Positions 31,941-43,885 of a stretch of 64,000 bases of DNA are shown here, piece by piece (position 1 is the first letter of the stretch; each line of letters opens with the position of its first letter). Source of the stretch: Nostoc sp. (GTDB taxonomy: Bacteria; Cyanobacteriota; Cyanobacteriia; Cyanobacteriales; Nostocaceae). The stretch spans positions 145,073 to 209,072 of the forward strand of contig JBALDB010000005.1 in the NCBI GenBank assembly GCA_036918135.1, written 5' to 3'. The notes below the pieces were generated by a model that saw nothing but the letters and a program-made list of their open reading frames with translations, ran no database searches and had not been told where the DNA came from. The translations under genes were made by a program, and so were the position numbers.

Positions 31941-34369
31941 ACTGTTTCCACCGCATATTGAGTCAAGAAATTGAGGATTAAATCTTCATCAAATTGCCTT
32001 GCTAGTTGCCGTAGTTCGCGAGCAAATGACACGAAGGTTGCGTCTGCCTCAAGTCGATCGGCACACTTGAGAATGGCATTGAAGTTACCTTTACTGGCTA
32101 AGGTGACTAATTCCTGCAAGACTTCGGGGGAAGGAGGAGTTAATTGAGTGGATTGGCTAGTTACTGTGGTTGCTTGTTTGGTATTTACTATTTCAGGCTG
32201 AGACTGCTTGTAAATCCATACTAAATTTAAGAGGCTTTCTAGTTGCTGCAATAATTCATCTGCCTGCACAGGTTTGCTAAGGAACTCATTACCTCCAGCT
32301 TGCAGACTGCGATGTTGGTCAGTTTCAAAGACACTAGCGGAAGAGACGATAATTTTGACATCTTGAATTTCTGGAGTGTGACGCAGATGTTGAATCAATT
32401 CAAATCCATCCATTTCTGGCATCAGCAAATCTGTAACGATTAAGTCTGGCTTGAGGGCGATCGCTTTTTCTAAACCTTCTTTACCGTTGCTGGCTTCAAC
32501 TACATTAAAACCCAGTGGTTGCAGTAAGTTGGTAATCACTGTGCGATTCTCCCAGCGATCGTCAACCATCAGAATGGTGTAGGGGCTACCCTCAAAGCCA
32601 ATGATTTGTTTATCTGATGCAGTCATTGCAGACTTTACCCAGTCAGTCGCTTGAGAAATCTCCAATTCAAACCAGAAGCTACTCCCACGACCAATCTGAC
32701 TCTTAACATGGATATCGCTACCCATCATCTGTACTAACTGTCGAGTAATAGCTAAACCTAAGCCTGTACCTTCAGCTTGGCGCTTTTTCTCACCTACTTG
32801 TTCAAATGGCAAGAAAATTTGGCTCAATTGGGCGGGACTTATACCAATTCCCGTGTCTTCTACACTAAAACGAAGGCGATGTTTATCTTTGTACCCATCA
32901 GTGGAAAGTCGCTCGATGACTTCAACTTTGAAACTAACCTCACCCTCATCTGTAAATTTGATTGCATTTCCCAGGAGATTCAATAGTACCTGACGTAATC
33001 TTTTGACATCAACATGAACCGCTTTAGGCAAATTAATCGCAGGTTCGTAGACAAACAAAATCCCCTTTTGTTTTGCCCTGAGGTGAGAGATTTCGACAAT
33101 TCCTTGGAGAAAAGAGGGGAAATACACATCCTGGGGATATAGTTCTAGCTTTTTCGCTTCAATTTTTGAGAGATCCAATATGTCATTAATTAAAGTCAGC
33201 AGATGAGAACCGCATTGTTCGATAATACTCAGGTGATATTGCTGTTGTTCGGGTAAAGCTGGGGAACGCAGCAAAATTTGGGCACAACCGAGAATCCCAT
33301 TCAAAGGCGTTCGCAGTTCATGACTCATGTTGGCTAAAAATTCGCTTTTAGCATGATTGGCTGTATCAGCCGCCGCTTTAGACTTTTTGAGTTGAGCTTG
33401 TTCAAATGCTTGTACCTGCCACAAGACAGTAATCATGGTGATTGTCAGTCCACCGACAATTAAGGCAATCAAATCCAAATATTGCAATCGAGATTCGATA
33501 TTTTGGCGAGGAATTACCAAAGCCACAGACCAATTAGCCTGAGTTAATGGTAGATAAGCTACATACTTTTGAGTGCCGTCAATTTCCATCAACTCAATTC
33601 CCTGTTGTTTGTTTACCATCCGTTGGGCGATCGCATTTAAATTGCGATCGTTTATTTTCAGCAGGCTGGATGCAGGTTTTTCTAAAGTTGAGATGAACGT
33701 GGAATTAGGATGGACGATTGCTTGTCCTTGGGAATTGAGCGCAAAAGCATAGCTATTAGCGCCGTAGTGCAGCGAATTGACAACCCCTGCAATGCGATCG
33801 ACTTTCACATTGCCCTGGAAAGCCCCGATTGGTGAACTACTGCTAAAAGAATTTGACCAAATCGGAGTCGAGATTGCAATTAAAGGAATTCCTGTAGAAC
33901 GGCTAATGAATGGATCGGAAATGTTGCTCTTTCCCGCAATTGCTTTTTGAAAGTAGTCTCGATCCTGAATATTTTTATTCGAGCGACCAACTTTTGTATT
34001 GGAATATGAACCATCTGGGTTAGCTATTTGAAACAAGAAAAATTCATCGATCCGCTTAACTTCTGCCTTTAAATAAGGTTCTGCCACAGACCAATTTAAG
34101 GAACGTACAGTTGAAGTATTCGCCAGGGTTTGTACCTCCGCTTTGCGAACATGTAACCACTCTTCAATTTCCGCAACCCCTCTATGTACCTCTAAAAAAG
34201 CGCTCTGTCGCAAATCTTTGAGCATCAAATTTCTCGCAGCTTGATAGCTAAAATAAGCAGAGATACTGACTACAAGAGTAGTGCCGCCAAGAATAAATCG
34301 AATCAGTAAATTTTGTGAGTGATGATTTCCTCTATCAAATAGCGCTCGGCTGGAGTTTTCTTGTATCAA
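31937..34369 (-). CDS. Hybrid sensor histidine kinase (dCache-HisKA-HATPase-REC)
   Basis: Cache (RDYF, SDPFISR), MSHELRTPLN, NAIKFT, GTGLGL, C-terminal REC; 4-bp overlap with the next gene. Confidence 0.92.
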   Translation of the reverse strand: MIQENSSRALFDRGNHHSQNLLIRFILGGTTLVVSISAYFSYQAARNLMLKDLRQSAFLEVHRGVAEIEEWLHVRKAEVQTLANTSTVRSLNWSVAEPYLKAEVKRIDEFFLFQIANPDGSYSNTKVGRSNKNIQDRDYFQKAIAGKSNISDPFISRSTGIPLIAISTPIWSNSFSSSSPIGAFQGNVKVDRIAGVVNSLHYGANSYAFALNSQGQAIVHPNSTFISTLEKPASSLLKINDRNLNAIAQRMVNKQQGIELMEIDGTQKYVAYLPLTQANWSVALVIPRQNIESRLQYLDLIALIVGGLTITMITVLWQVQAFEQAQLKKSKAAADTANHAKSEFLANMSHELRTPLNGILGCAQILLRSPALPEQQQYHLSIIEQCGSHLLTLINDILDLSKIEAKKLELYPQDVYFPSFLQGIVEISHLRAKQKGILFVYEPAINLPKAVHVDVKRLRQVLLNLLGNAIKFTDEGEVSFKVEVIERLSTDGYKDKHRLRFSVEDTGIGISPAQLSQIFLPFEQVGEKKRQAEGTGLGLAITRQLVQMMGSDIHVKSQIGRGSSFWFELEISQATDWVKSAMTASDKQIIGFEGSPYTILMVDDRWENRTVITNLLQPLGFNVVEASNGKEGLEKAIALKPDLIVTDLLMPEMDGFELIQHLRHTPEIQDVKIIVSSASVFETDQHRSLQAGGNEFLSKPVQADELLQQLESLLNLVWIYKQSQPEIVNTKQATTVTSQSTQLTPPSPEVLQELVTLASKGNFNAILKCADRLEADATFVSFARELRQLARQFDEDLILNFLTQYAVETV

Positions 34370-34980
34370 GGGTTAGCTCCTTAATCACATAGTTCAACAA
34401 GCAGAAATTCTAGGTTAAGCCAATGCGCGCTTAAACTATATACAGCACTTTTCTTTTACATGAAGTATAAAGTTACAGGTTTTGAGGCAGAAGGTAGAAA
34501 CTCTTTATATTTGATATGTGAGTCTTACGTTTTGTACCTCATTTACTTGCAAACTGCTGTAAATACTCTTTATGGTTGTTGACTGTTAACTGTTGACAGT
34601 TATCAGTCATCAGGTAAATGTATAAGTTAAATGCATAACAGCTTATCTTTAGATTGCCCAAGAAATTACCGTTGCTCACAGCTTTTGGTAAAATTATTAA
34701 GAAATTTATATTAAAAGCTAAAAGTATAAAAAGAAAAATAAAATTCCCGTCGATAACAGTCACTGGACTTAGAAAGTGACTGTGAAATTTAAAAGCGTAA
34801 TAGCTTATACCAATTCTCTATGAAGATGCGCCTAATTATTTTGGGATATAGTAAATTATCTTTATCAAACCTCAGCCTACCTACCTTGGGGGAAGGCGAA
34901 GCGCCTATGCGTTGAAAAACCCTAACGTTTAGCGCAGCTTGATAAAAAAACGATATTACAGCACAGCATAAATAAACTAC

Positions 34981-35071
34981 CCATTCCAAATCAATAAACT
35001 GCTTGCGGTTTAGTAATTACGTAGCTTGCTTCTCGCATAAATGCGAGTATTACGAATTATGCCAAGTACTA
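34981..35071. repeat. Dispersed ~90-bp element (second copy at 40068-40154)
   Basis: ttccaaatcaat..aa..gcttg.ggt.tagtaattacgtagcttgcttctcg...gcgagtattacgaatta; both copies lie directly after a minus-strand stop codon. Confidence 0.7.
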
Positions 35072-37201
35072 CTAACGCGTCGTCTGCGGTGGATTGGTGG
35101 AATTAGGAAGCGGGATAGTTGGTACAATTACAGACTTTGGTTTTTCGGCTTGTAGTTGAATTTGGGCTTGGTCGCGGGCGTTTATTGCTTGATGATAATT
35201 AGGCTTATATTTTATAGCTCGATCGTAAGATGCGATCGCATCTTGATAGCGTTGCAATTTTGATAGAGCATTGCCTCTACTATACCAGCTTTCGTAATGG
35301 CCTGGTTGATAACGAACTGCTTTATCATAAGATGCGATCGCTTCTGCATATTTTTGCAAATTATATTGGGAATTACCTAAATTATACCAAAGTTGATAAT
35401 CGTTTCTCTTCAAATTTGCTGCTTTTTTATAGGATTCTATTGCTGCTTCATAACGTTGGGTTTGATGCATTGACCAACCCATGTTATACCATGCTTGATA
35501 ATTACTAGGATTATATTTAATTACTTGATTAAAAGATTCAATTGCATCCGGGTAACGTTGTAAATTCATCAGAATATTACCTCTAGACAACCAAGCTTGA
35601 TAAAAATTCGGCTTGTATTGTACTGCTTTATCATAAGCTGTAAAAGCCTCTTCATAGCGTTGTAAATTAACTAGGGCATTACCCCAATTGTACCAAGCTA
35701 AAACGTAGTCTGGTTTGAATTCAACGACCTTTTGAAAAGCAGCGATCGCATCTTGATATCGTTTTAAATTTTTTAAAGCTAATCCTTTTTTGTACCAAGC
35801 TTCAAAGTCATCTGATTTTAATTCAATTGCCTTTTCATAAGATTCAATTGCTTGGTCATATTGCCCTAAACTACTTAAAGCTTCACCTTTCGCATTCCAA
35901 ATTTGGTAATTTTTATTATTTAATTCTAAGGCTTTGTTAAAAGAGGCGATCGCTTCTTGATAGCGCTGCAAATTTCCCAAGACATAACCTCGTCCAATCC
36001 AAGCCTCTAAATAATCTGGCTTGATTTGAATTGCTTTGTCATACGCTGCTAGAGCTTCTTTATATTTTTTCAATTCAAAAAGCGTTTTGCCTTGACCATT
36101 CCATCCTTGAGCATAATCTGGTCTAATATTAACTGCTTTTTCATATACTGCTAACGCTTCTTGATAGCGTTGTAAATCAAAAAGCGTATTTCCTTGTTTA
36201 GATAATTCTATGGCATTATTAGAATTAATCTGATTCAAAAGAAATATTGATGCTACTCCACTCAAACCAAACAAAAGTATTACTAATACCAACTTCCTAA
36301 ATAAACCTTTTTTTGGTTGAGGATTTTTTATCTTATTTTGTGGGGCAATAGGAGTCAACGCTATTGTTTCAGCCGGGGGTTGTGTTAACTCTTGCAGTGC
36401 TTTTAATGCCACCGTTGCCGAAGGGTAGCGTTGCCGAAAATCATAGCACACCATTTTATCTAAAAATTGAGCAAAATCTGGTGTAACTATGGTTTTATTC
36501 TGCCAGATAATTTCATTAGTTTCGGCATCTTTTACCATTTCTTCGGGAGATAATCCAGTCAGAGCTTGAATAGCAATTATCCCTGTAGCATAGATATCAC
36601 TGCTTAATTTTGGCGTCCCATGAGCCTGTTCGCTAGCAATATATCCAGGTGTACCAATAGCAACAGTACATTGAATTGAATTTTGGGGAGTAATAACTTG
36701 GGTAGCAATTTGTTTAACTGCACCGAAATCAATTAAGATTAACTTGCCATCTAACTGGCGTCTGAGAATATTTCGAGGATTGACATCGCGGTGGATTACA
36801 TTCTGTTGATGTACGAATTCTAAGATCGTCAAAATTTCTTGTAGAAGTGAAATCACTTGGTCTTGATTCCAAGTTTTCCCTGGTATTAATTCTTTACTTA
36901 AGTCATGACCTTCAATTAATTCCTGAACGAGATAAAATTCGGCGTTTTCCTCAAAATAAGCTAAAAGTTGGGGAATGCGATCGTGAGTACCTAATTTGTA
37001 CAAAACTTGAGCTTCTGTATCAAATAAACGCCTCGCAGTTTCTAAAGTTACTGGGTCATTTGCTTGGGGTTTGAGTTTTTTGACTACACATAAAGGCGAA
37101 CCGGGTAATTGAGTATCATAAGCAACAAAAGTTTCACCAAAACCCCCACCTCCCAAATTACTAATAATTTGGTATCTTCCAACAAGTGTGTTTCCCAGCA
37201 T
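35072..37201 (-). CDS. Ser/Thr protein kinase with TM and TPR repeats
   Basis: GGGGFG, HRDVNPRN, DFG; TM; about 10 TPRs. Start MLGNTLVGRY at 37201. Confidence 0.9.
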   Translation of the reverse strand: MLGNTLVGRYQIISNLGGGGFGETFVAYDTQLPGSPLCVVKKLKPQANDPVTLETARRLFDTEAQVLYKLGTHDRIPQLLAYFEENAEFYLVQELIEGHDLSKELIPGKTWNQDQVISLLQEILTILEFVHQQNVIHRDVNPRNILRRQLDGKLILIDFGAVKQIATQVITPQNSIQCTVAIGTPGYIASEQAHGTPKLSSDIYATGIIAIQALTGLSPEEMVKDAETNEIIWQNKTIVTPDFAQFLDKMVCYDFRQRYPSATVALKALQELTQPPAETIALTPIAPQNKIKNPQPKKGLFRKLVLVILLFGLSGVASIFLLNQINSNNAIELSKQGNTLFDLQRYQEALAVYEKAVNIRPDYAQGWNGQGKTLFELKKYKEALAAYDKAIQIKPDYLEAWIGRGYVLGNLQRYQEAIASFNKALELNNKNYQIWNAKGEALSSLGQYDQAIESYEKAIELKSDDFEAWYKKGLALKNLKRYQDAIAAFQKVVEFKPDYVLAWYNWGNALVNLQRYEEAFTAYDKAVQYKPNFYQAWLSRGNILMNLQRYPDAIESFNQVIKYNPSNYQAWYNMGWSMHQTQRYEAAIESYKKAANLKRNDYQLWYNLGNSQYNLQKYAEAIASYDKAVRYQPGHYESWYSRGNALSKLQRYQDAIASYDRAIKYKPNYHQAINARDQAQIQLQAEKPKSVIVPTIPLPNSTNPPQTTR

Positions 37202-37501
37202 CTTGTTTACCCACTGTAAGTGCGATGCGATCTGATTTTGATTTTGCCACAGGTTAAGGGAGAGTGGCGAAATGGGGAGATGAGGAAGACACAGGGACGA
37301 CGAAATGGGGGTGCAAACAGAAGTCTCAGCATCGGCTTGGGACGATGTAAACTTCTCCTTCAAAGACGCTCTTGCTAGCTTATTTAAGAGCAAGGGTACG
37401 GGGAACGCAAAGAAAAACTAATTACAAATGACAAATGACTAATAACTAATGACCAATGACTAATGACTATTGATAAATAACCATTGATAAATGATAAATC
37501 C

Positions 37502-38209
37502 ATGATTCCTATTAGTGATAATATTCGTTGTTGGAATAAGCCGATAATTAATTACTGGTTAATTGGCATTAATATTACTGTATTCTTATGGGAACTGAAA
37601 CTAGAATTTAGTGATGAATTGGGCTATTTTGTCAATAGTTGGGGTGTGATTCCGGCGCAAATTACTAATGCAATTACAAATGCTATTTTTTTGAACTATG
37701 CGGCTTGGATAGTTGTGGTTTGGCGTTTATTTTCCCTAATTTTTGGAATATTTTTGCATGGAAGTTTTAGCCAAATCTTAGGAAATATGCTATTTTTATG
37801 GGTCTTCGGGAAGACTGTAGAAAATATTCTCGGACATAGACGCTATCTAGAATTTTACTTAGCGGCTGGCATTATCACAGGGGTGGCACAGATTTTAGCT
37901 CAACCAAGTTTGACAGTACCATTGATTGGGGCAAATGGGGCGATCGCAGCAATTTTAGGAGCATACATCAGCAAGTTTCCTCAAGCAAAAATTGACTCTG
38001 TTTTGCCGCTCATAATTGTATATATCCCCATCGAACTCCCAGCCTTTTTCTATATATTTTGGTGGTTTGTACAACAAATATTTTATGGTATTGGTAGTTT
38101 GAATATTCCCCCCAGTGGTGTAAATCAATCTGGTGCTGTTTACTGGGGACAGGTTGTAGGATTAGTGATTGGTGCAACTTTTATGCGATTTAGGACGTTT
38201 GCCAGATGA
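37502..38209 (+). CDS. Rhomboid-family membrane protein, catalytic residues substituted
   Basis: MIPISDN, FLHG....LGNM, FG..VE; GANG replaces GxSG and YWGQ replaces xWxH. Confidence 0.85.
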   Translation: MIPISDNIRCWNKPIINYWLIGINITVFLWELKLEFSDELGYFVNSWGVIPAQITNAITNAIFLNYAAWIVVVWRLFSLIFGIFLHGSFSQILGNMLFLWVFGKTVENILGHRRYLEFYLAAGIITGVAQILAQPSLTVPLIGANGAIAAILGAYISKFPQAKIDSVLPLIIVYIPIELPAFFYIFWWFVQQIFYGIGSLNIPPSGVNQSGAVYWGQVVGLVIGATFMRFRTFAR

Positions 38210-38797
38210 GAAACAGCGCCGACTTACAGCAGAATTTAGAATTAAAATAGGATTTATAGCCGTAGTCACACCCTTTAGGACATAAGGATGGGGTGAAAGA
38301 AGAGAGTTAGCAATAGTTTTACCTCCAGCAAGAACTGCCCTCTGCCGACGCTCTCTACGAGATGCTGCGCGTACGCGGACTCGGCTTAGCTGCGCTATCC
38401 TGCCTCCTGCTATATATCTGGTGAAGCTATAGCAAAATTGGTAAATTTCCCAATGGGAGTAGGTTCTGTGCCTAGCTACCAGACGCAGATGGTGTACTAT
38501 CACGCTTGTTGAAATCTGCTGTATCTACATCGGCACTCTCAAGCTTGGCAGAACATAAATATAATAGAATTACTATATATCTGTTGACTGATATTATTAA
38601 GTTAATTTCAGAGAAGAAGGCAGACAACTAGTAACTAGAGTGCTTGATATGAAGCTATTTTGAACTTTTTAATTTTTAATTCTTTGTTTATATACCTTTT
38701 GATAGATTGTATTTTTAACCGGAAAAATCCATACTCTTCAAGCTAGGGGATGCCTACTGTTGAGGTTGGTATTGTTTAGTTATCAGCGGTACGAAAG

Positions 38798-39340
38798 ATG
38801 CCAATTGTTAATATAGTGCATGAGGAAAAAGTTGAAGTTGCAAGTCTTGGAGAACAATTCAATCCAACTTTCAGCCTAAACTTACCGCTATTAGTCACAA
38901 ATGAACCCATCGGACATGAGGAGAATCAGTCTTTAGTTTCTGAGTCTGACAGCCCATTCACCAGAAACACTCAGGTTTTGCTGGTGGACGATGACCCAGA
39001 TATCCGCGACTTATTGACGTTTATTTTGCAAGATTACGGTGTAGAGGTAACCGCCGTTGCATCAGCACCAGAAGCATTACAAGCATTGTCTGACTCGATA
39101 CCAGATGTTTTGATCAGTGATATTGGAATGCCAAAGACAGATGGTTATATGCTGATGCGTGAAGTGAGAAAGCGATCGCCTCAACAAGGAGGACACGTAC
39201 CAGCGATCGCTCTGACGGCCTATGCTGGGGATACGAATCAGCAGCAAGCACTAGCAGCAGGATTCCAAATGCATATTCCCAAACCAATAGATCCAGATGA
39301 ATTAATCAAGGCGATCGTTGATTTGATGAATGCAAGCTGA
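38798..39340 (+). CDS. Single-domain response regulator
   Basis: LVDDD, ISDIGMP, ALTA, HIPKP. Confidence 0.88.
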   Translation: MPIVNIVHEEKVEVASLGEQFNPTFSLNLPLLVTNEPIGHEENQSLVSESDSPFTRNTQVLLVDDDPDIRDLLTFILQDYGVEVTAVASAPEALQALSDSIPDVLISDIGMPKTDGYMLMREVRKRSPQQGGHVPAIALTAYAGDTNQQQALAAGFQMHIPKPIDPDELIKAIVDLMNAS

Positions 39341-39409
39341 TACTAGTACAACAAAGCAGTTTAATTCTATTTTATCAATTTGCAAAAGACAAAAATTTGT
39401 GACTGTAGC

Positions 39410-39865
39410 TTAATAAGCAGACCGAGCTAACCAATAAACGGTTATACCCAAAGCCGACCCAGCTATTACCTGAACTGGTGTATGTCCAAGTAATTCCTTA
39501 AGACGGTCTTGACTAAAGTCTGGTTTTTCATCAAATAATTCATCAATCATTTGATTGAGGATACGAGCTTGCTTACCAGCCGCTTGGCGAACTCCGGCTG
39601 CATCGTACATGACGATGATCGCAAAAATCATTGCTAATGCAAAATCAGCAGATGCCCAACCAAGCGTTTGCCCTACACCAGCAGCTAGAGCCGTAACTAA
39701 AGCTGAGTGGGCACTGGGCATACCTCCAGTTGTTACTAAAACACGTACATTTAGCTTGCGATTTTTGATAATCTCGATTACGAGCTTTAATGCTTGAGCA
39801 ATTAAACAAGCTGTCAGAGCAACCAGCAGCACCCGGTTGTCTAAAATGTTGCCTATGTCCTGCAT
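39410..39865 (-). CDS. Divergent PAP2 family protein (DUF212)
   Basis: TGGMPSAHSA, VMYDAAGVR, LKELLGHTP. Confidence 0.92.
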   Translation of the reverse strand: MQDIGNILDNRVLLVALTACLIAQALKLVIEIIKNRKLNVRVLVTTGGMPSAHSALVTALAAGVGQTLGWASADFALAMIFAIIVMYDAAGVRQAAGKQARILNQMIDELFDEKPDFSQDRLKELLGHTPVQVIAGSALGITVYWLARSAY

Positions 39866-40154
39866 GGTATTGTGGTTAGATTAGTAATATGAGCAGCAGT
39901 TGTTGGTTGAGGAAACATTTAGATTCAACCCAAAATCCCAAATTAAGCTAGTAGATTGCGGCGAAAATACCTCGACCGTTAAAAATAGACAAAAAGTTTA
40001 TGCTGTAAGCATTTAGTGCCTTTTGCCTTTTTGTACTAGTACAGCGAGCGCGTAAATCAATCACCGATTCCAAATCAATGAAACGCTTGTGGTATAGTAA
40101 TTACGTAGCTTGCTTCTCGTCAAAGGCGAGTATTACGAATTACGTTAAGCAGTA

Positions 40155-41087
40155 CTAGTTATTGCGATTGATGATAAAATGAGCGATCGCTTGGAGTGGC
40201 TTGGCTCTCTCCTCAAATGGTTCTAATTCTGCACAAGCTGCTATAATTAGCTCTTGGGCTTTTGAGCGTGATTGCTCAAGTCCCCAAAGACTGGGATACG
40301 TTACTTTCTTAGCTTTTTGGTCTTTGCCAGCTGTTTTGCCTAATTGCTCTTGGGTAGCAGTGATATCCAGAATATCATCTACGATTTGAAATGCTAGTCC
40401 GATATTTTCAGCATAACGGGTTAGTCGTTGCACATCTTCAGATGATGCCCCACTGACGATCCCGCCACAAACTACGCAAGCTTCCAAAAGGGCGGCTGTT
40501 TTATGTTCGTGAATGAAATTGAGCGTTTCTAGAGAAATATCTGATTTTCCTTCACATTGTAAATCCACAACTTGACCGCCGACTAAACCAGCTGCCCCCA
40601 AAGCCCGACCAAGACGGGCAATTACCTGCAAGACTCGATCTCTGGGAACATGAGGAGGAGTTTGAATGGCTACATGTTCAAAAGCCAGAGCCAACAAGCC
40701 ATCTCCTGCTAAAATCGCCACATCTTCGCCATAGACTTTATGATTCGTCAACTTCCCGCGACGATAATCGTCATTATCCATTGATGGCAGGTCATCATGA
40801 ATCAAAGACATTGTATGAATCATCTCTACTGCACAAGCTGTCGGCATAGCCATTTCGATGGTGCCACCCATCATTTCACAAGTAGCTAGGCAGAGAATGG
40901 GGCGTACACGCTTACCTCCAGCTAATAAGGAGTAGCGCATCGACTCATAAATTGTTTCTGGATATACAACGGGAATAGCCAAATCCAAAGCAGTATCGCA
41001 AAGCTTTTGTCGTTCTTTGAGATAGACTGCTAGGTTAAACTGAGCTTCCTCTGGTGGTGTCTTTTGAACATTATCAGTTGCTACCAT
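40155..41087 (-). CDS. crtE: Geranylgeranyl diphosphate synthase
   Basis: [38 protein letters not shown]. Confidence 0.95.
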   Translation of the reverse strand: MVATDNVQKTPPEEAQFNLAVYLKERQKLCDTALDLAIPVVYPETIYESMRYSLLAGGKRVRPILCLATCEMMGGTIEMAMPTACAVEMIHTMSLIHDDLPSMDNDDYRRGKLTNHKVYGEDVAILAGDGLLALAFEHVAIQTPPHVPRDRVLQVIARLGRALGAAGLVGGQVVDLQCEGKSDISLETLNFIHEHKTAALLEACVVCGGIVSGASSEDVQRLTRYAENIGLAFQIVDDILDITATQEQLGKTAGKDQKAKKVTYPSLWGLEQSRSKAQELIIAACAELEPFEERAKPLQAIAHFIINRNN

Positions 41088-41182
41088 TCTTAAATTCCTG
41101 ACATTTTGAGATTTTTATCTTATAAGTCACAATTTTAAGGTGCTGTGGGACTGAAAAAATGAGGAGTTGGGAAGAAAGACAC

Positions 41183-41303
41183 GGGGAGGTGGGAGGTGTG
41201 GGAGGTGTGGGGGGTGTGGGAAGAAATCTTCCCCCCTCTCTTCCCACACTCCCCCATCCCCCTCTCTGTCCACACTCCCCCATCTCCCTATCTCCCCACC
41301 TCC
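41183..41303. repeat. G-rich/C-rich bipartite repeat, copy 2
   Basis: gtgggaggt repeats, aagaaatcttccccc core, C-rich arm overlapping the folD stop. Confidence 0.7.
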
Positions 41304-42184
41304 CCGTGTCTGCTTACCGTCCTGGAATAGCTAGCAAATGTATTTTGCAACAATAGGGCGACAGTCATCGGGCCAACACCACCAGGAACTGGCGTGATAA
41401 ATCCTGCTACGGCAGCAGTTGATTCCAAATCGACATCGCCAACTAGCCGACTGGTGCCACTGCCATCAGTGACGCGATTCATTCCCACATCTACCACAAC
41501 AGCGCCCGGTTTTACCATGTCAGCAGAGATCAGTCCGGGACGACCTACTGCTGCAATTAGAATATCAGCATTCTGGGCGATCGTTTTGAGATCGTGCGAT
41601 CGCGAATGAGCAATGGTGACTGTAGCATCAGCTTCTAGTAGCATTAACGCCATTGGCTTACCTACTAAAATACTGCGTCCCACCACTAGAGCCTGTTTTC
41701 CCTGCAAGGGAATCTCATATTCTTCTAAAAGCCGCATTACACCAGCAGGAGTGCAGCTACGTAAACCTGTTTCTCCCCGTACTAGTCGCCCCAAGTTCAC
41801 TGGGTGCAGTCCATCAGCATCTTTATCGGGATCGATTTGATGTAATAAGCCAACAGCATCCAAGTGCTTAGGTAAGGGTAGCTGCACGAGAATCCCATCT
41901 ACCCGTTCATCATGATTGAGTGCAGTAATTACCTCTTCTAATTCTCTCTGGGTAGTTTCGGCGGGAAAATGCTTGCCAAAAGAGGCTATACCAACTTTAG
42001 CGCAGGCTTTTTCTTTATTGCGTACATAAGCAGCTGAGGCTGGGTTATCGCCAACCATCAGCACTGCTAAGCCAGGAGGTCGTCCAATTCTTGGCTGTAA
42101 TTCACTAATGGCAGCAGAAAGTTCTTGCTGAATTTTTGCAGCTAAAGCCTTACCATCAAGGAGTTTGGCAGTTTGTGTTTTCAT
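41288..42184 (-). CDS. folD: Methylenetetrahydrofolate dehydrogenase/cyclohydrolase
   Basis: [39 protein letters not shown]. Confidence 0.96.
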   Translation of the reverse strand: MKTQTAKLLDGKALAAKIQQELSAAISELQPRIGRPPGLAVLMVGDNPASAAYVRNKEKACAKVGIASFGKHFPAETTQRELEEVITALNHDERVDGILVQLPLPKHLDAVGLLHQIDPDKDADGLHPVNLGRLVRGETGLRSCTPAGVMRLLEEYEIPLQGKQALVVGRSILVGKPMALMLLEADATVTIAHSRSHDLKTIAQNADILIAAVGRPGLISADMVKPGAVVVDVGMNRVTDGSGTSRLVGDVDLESTAAVAGFITPVPGGVGPMTVALLLQNTFASYSRTVSRHGEVGR

Positions 42185-42413
42185 GAGAATTTCCAGCTAT
42201 GTTCTATCTTTTGTTGCAAGGGGAGTACTGATATGATGTCCGACAAATCACCCTTAATATGTCATTGCGAGTGGAACGAAGTGAAACGTACCACTTCCCT
42301 ACGAGACGCTACGCGAACGGTCGCAATGAGGGTTGTTTGAACGGACATGATATGAGTGCTGAGTAGAGAGCAGGGGAGAATAATTTATAACTATAATTTC
42401 GTAGCAATTAAGA

Positions 42414-42490
42414 TTCGTGAATGAGTCTTTGATACTTGTGAATGAGTCTTTGATACTCGCGAACAAGCATAAAAACTCCACTTTTTTTGC
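42414..42490 (-). repeat. Short 21-bp tandem array (about 2 copies), related to the 60.7-kb array
   Basis: Minus strand ttcgcgagtatcaaagactca ttcacaagtatcaaagactca. Confidence 0.65.
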
Positions 42491-42861
42491 CTCCTACACC
42501 CAGCTTCTGATTTTTAAAGCCTTTTTTGTCCAGTCCCTAGTCTCGCACGCAGCGCTTAGACTCTTCACCCTTGACTTTTAACTATTATTGTGTTGCTGTT
42601 TGATGTCGTAGCGTTTCTCTGACAGTAAGTTCATAATGTTTATTTTCTCAAATCAACCGTGTCATCTGAAGAATAAAAGAGAAAACTAGCCAGGATTGAG
42701 GGAGATGGGGAGATGGGGGACAAAGAAAATAATTCCTAATTCAACAGTCATCACTCAACAGTCATCACTCAACAGTTATCAGTCAACACTTCTAATCCCT
42801 AATTCACAAGAAAGTACCATAGATAGGAACTGAGTCGATGAAAGTGGCGACAAAATAAGCA

Positions 42862-43311
42862 GTGAAGCAAAAATTTGCTCAATCGGTGGCTTTCATGCAA
42901 CAAACGAGAAATTTGTCCCTTGGCTTTTTATACGGGCAGAGAATTGTTCTCTACCGTATAGGGTTGGCTTTTTTTCTGGTAGCAGGACTTTCTAGTTGTA
43001 GTAATTTATCCTCCTCTGGCTTGAGTGGGACTGGCTTAAAATTTGGCACAAATGTCACCCCAATTCGAGAAATTAAACCAGAACAAAAGAATCAAGCTAC
43101 AGTTTACATCCAAGGAAAGGTAGAAAAGCAAGCTCCTTTGATGAAACAGTGGGCTTATCAAGTAGATGATACAACCGGCAAAATTTGGGTTATCACTAAT
43201 CAAAAAAGTTTGGGAGAGGGATCGCAAGTGGTGTTTAGAGGTAAAGTTCGCTACCGAAGTATCCCTGTAGCTGGTAAAGAACTGGGAGAAGTTTATTTAG
43301 AAGAAGAATAA
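42862..43311 (+). CDS. Putative lipoprotein with OB-fold-like domain
   Basis: Hydrophobic stretch ending LSSC; VYIQGKV...YQVDDTTGKIWV. Confidence 0.65.
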   Translation: MKQKFAQSVAFMQQTRNLSLGFLYGQRIVLYRIGLAFFLVAGLSSCSNLSSSGLSGTGLKFGTNVTPIREIKPEQKNQATVYIQGKVEKQAPLMKQWAYQVDDTTGKIWVITNQKSLGEGSQVVFRGKVRYRSIPVAGKELGEVYLEEE

Positions 43312-43333
43312 TTTAGCAATTAAAAATCAATAT

Positions 43334-43768
43334 ATGAGTAATCAAGTAGTACATGTAGCGATCGCTATTCTCTACCAAAAAAACAAATTTCTCATGCAAC
43401 TGCGGGACAACATCCCCAGTATTCTTTATCCTGGTTACTGGGCGCTATTTGGCGGTCATATCGAACCTGGTGAAACGCCGAATATCGCAGTCAAACGAGA
43501 AATTTTAGAAGAAATCGGCTATGATTTACCACCCTTTGTTGAATTTGGCTGTTATCCCGACGAAAGAGTTGTCCGTCATGTTTTTCATGCACCACTCTTG
43601 GTGGAGTTAGATCGATTGGTTTTGAATGAAGGCTGGGATATGGGATTATTGACGCCAGAAGATATTCGCCAAGGTAACTGTTATTCAAAAAATGCTAGCG
43701 AAGTGCGACCATTAGGGGAAATGCATCAGCGAATTATGTTGGATTTTATCGAGAAGAATTCGGTATAG
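43334..43768 (+). CDS. NUDIX hydrolase
   Basis: GGHIEPGETP..AVKREILEEIG. Confidence 0.92.
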   Translation: MSNQVVHVAIAILYQKNKFLMQLRDNIPSILYPGYWALFGGHIEPGETPNIAVKREILEEIGYDLPPFVEFGCYPDERVVRHVFHAPLLVELDRLVLNEGWDMGLLTPEDIRQGNCYSKNASEVRPLGEMHQRIMLDFIEKNSV

Positions 43769-43885
43769 GAGTTGTAAATGAGAAAGTGAGATTTTGGATA
43801 GAGGATGTCAACAGTCAACAGCCAACACTCCCCACTGTCTAGCAGTCAAAATAAAGTTAAAACTCTTATGGAGTAGTTATCACTA

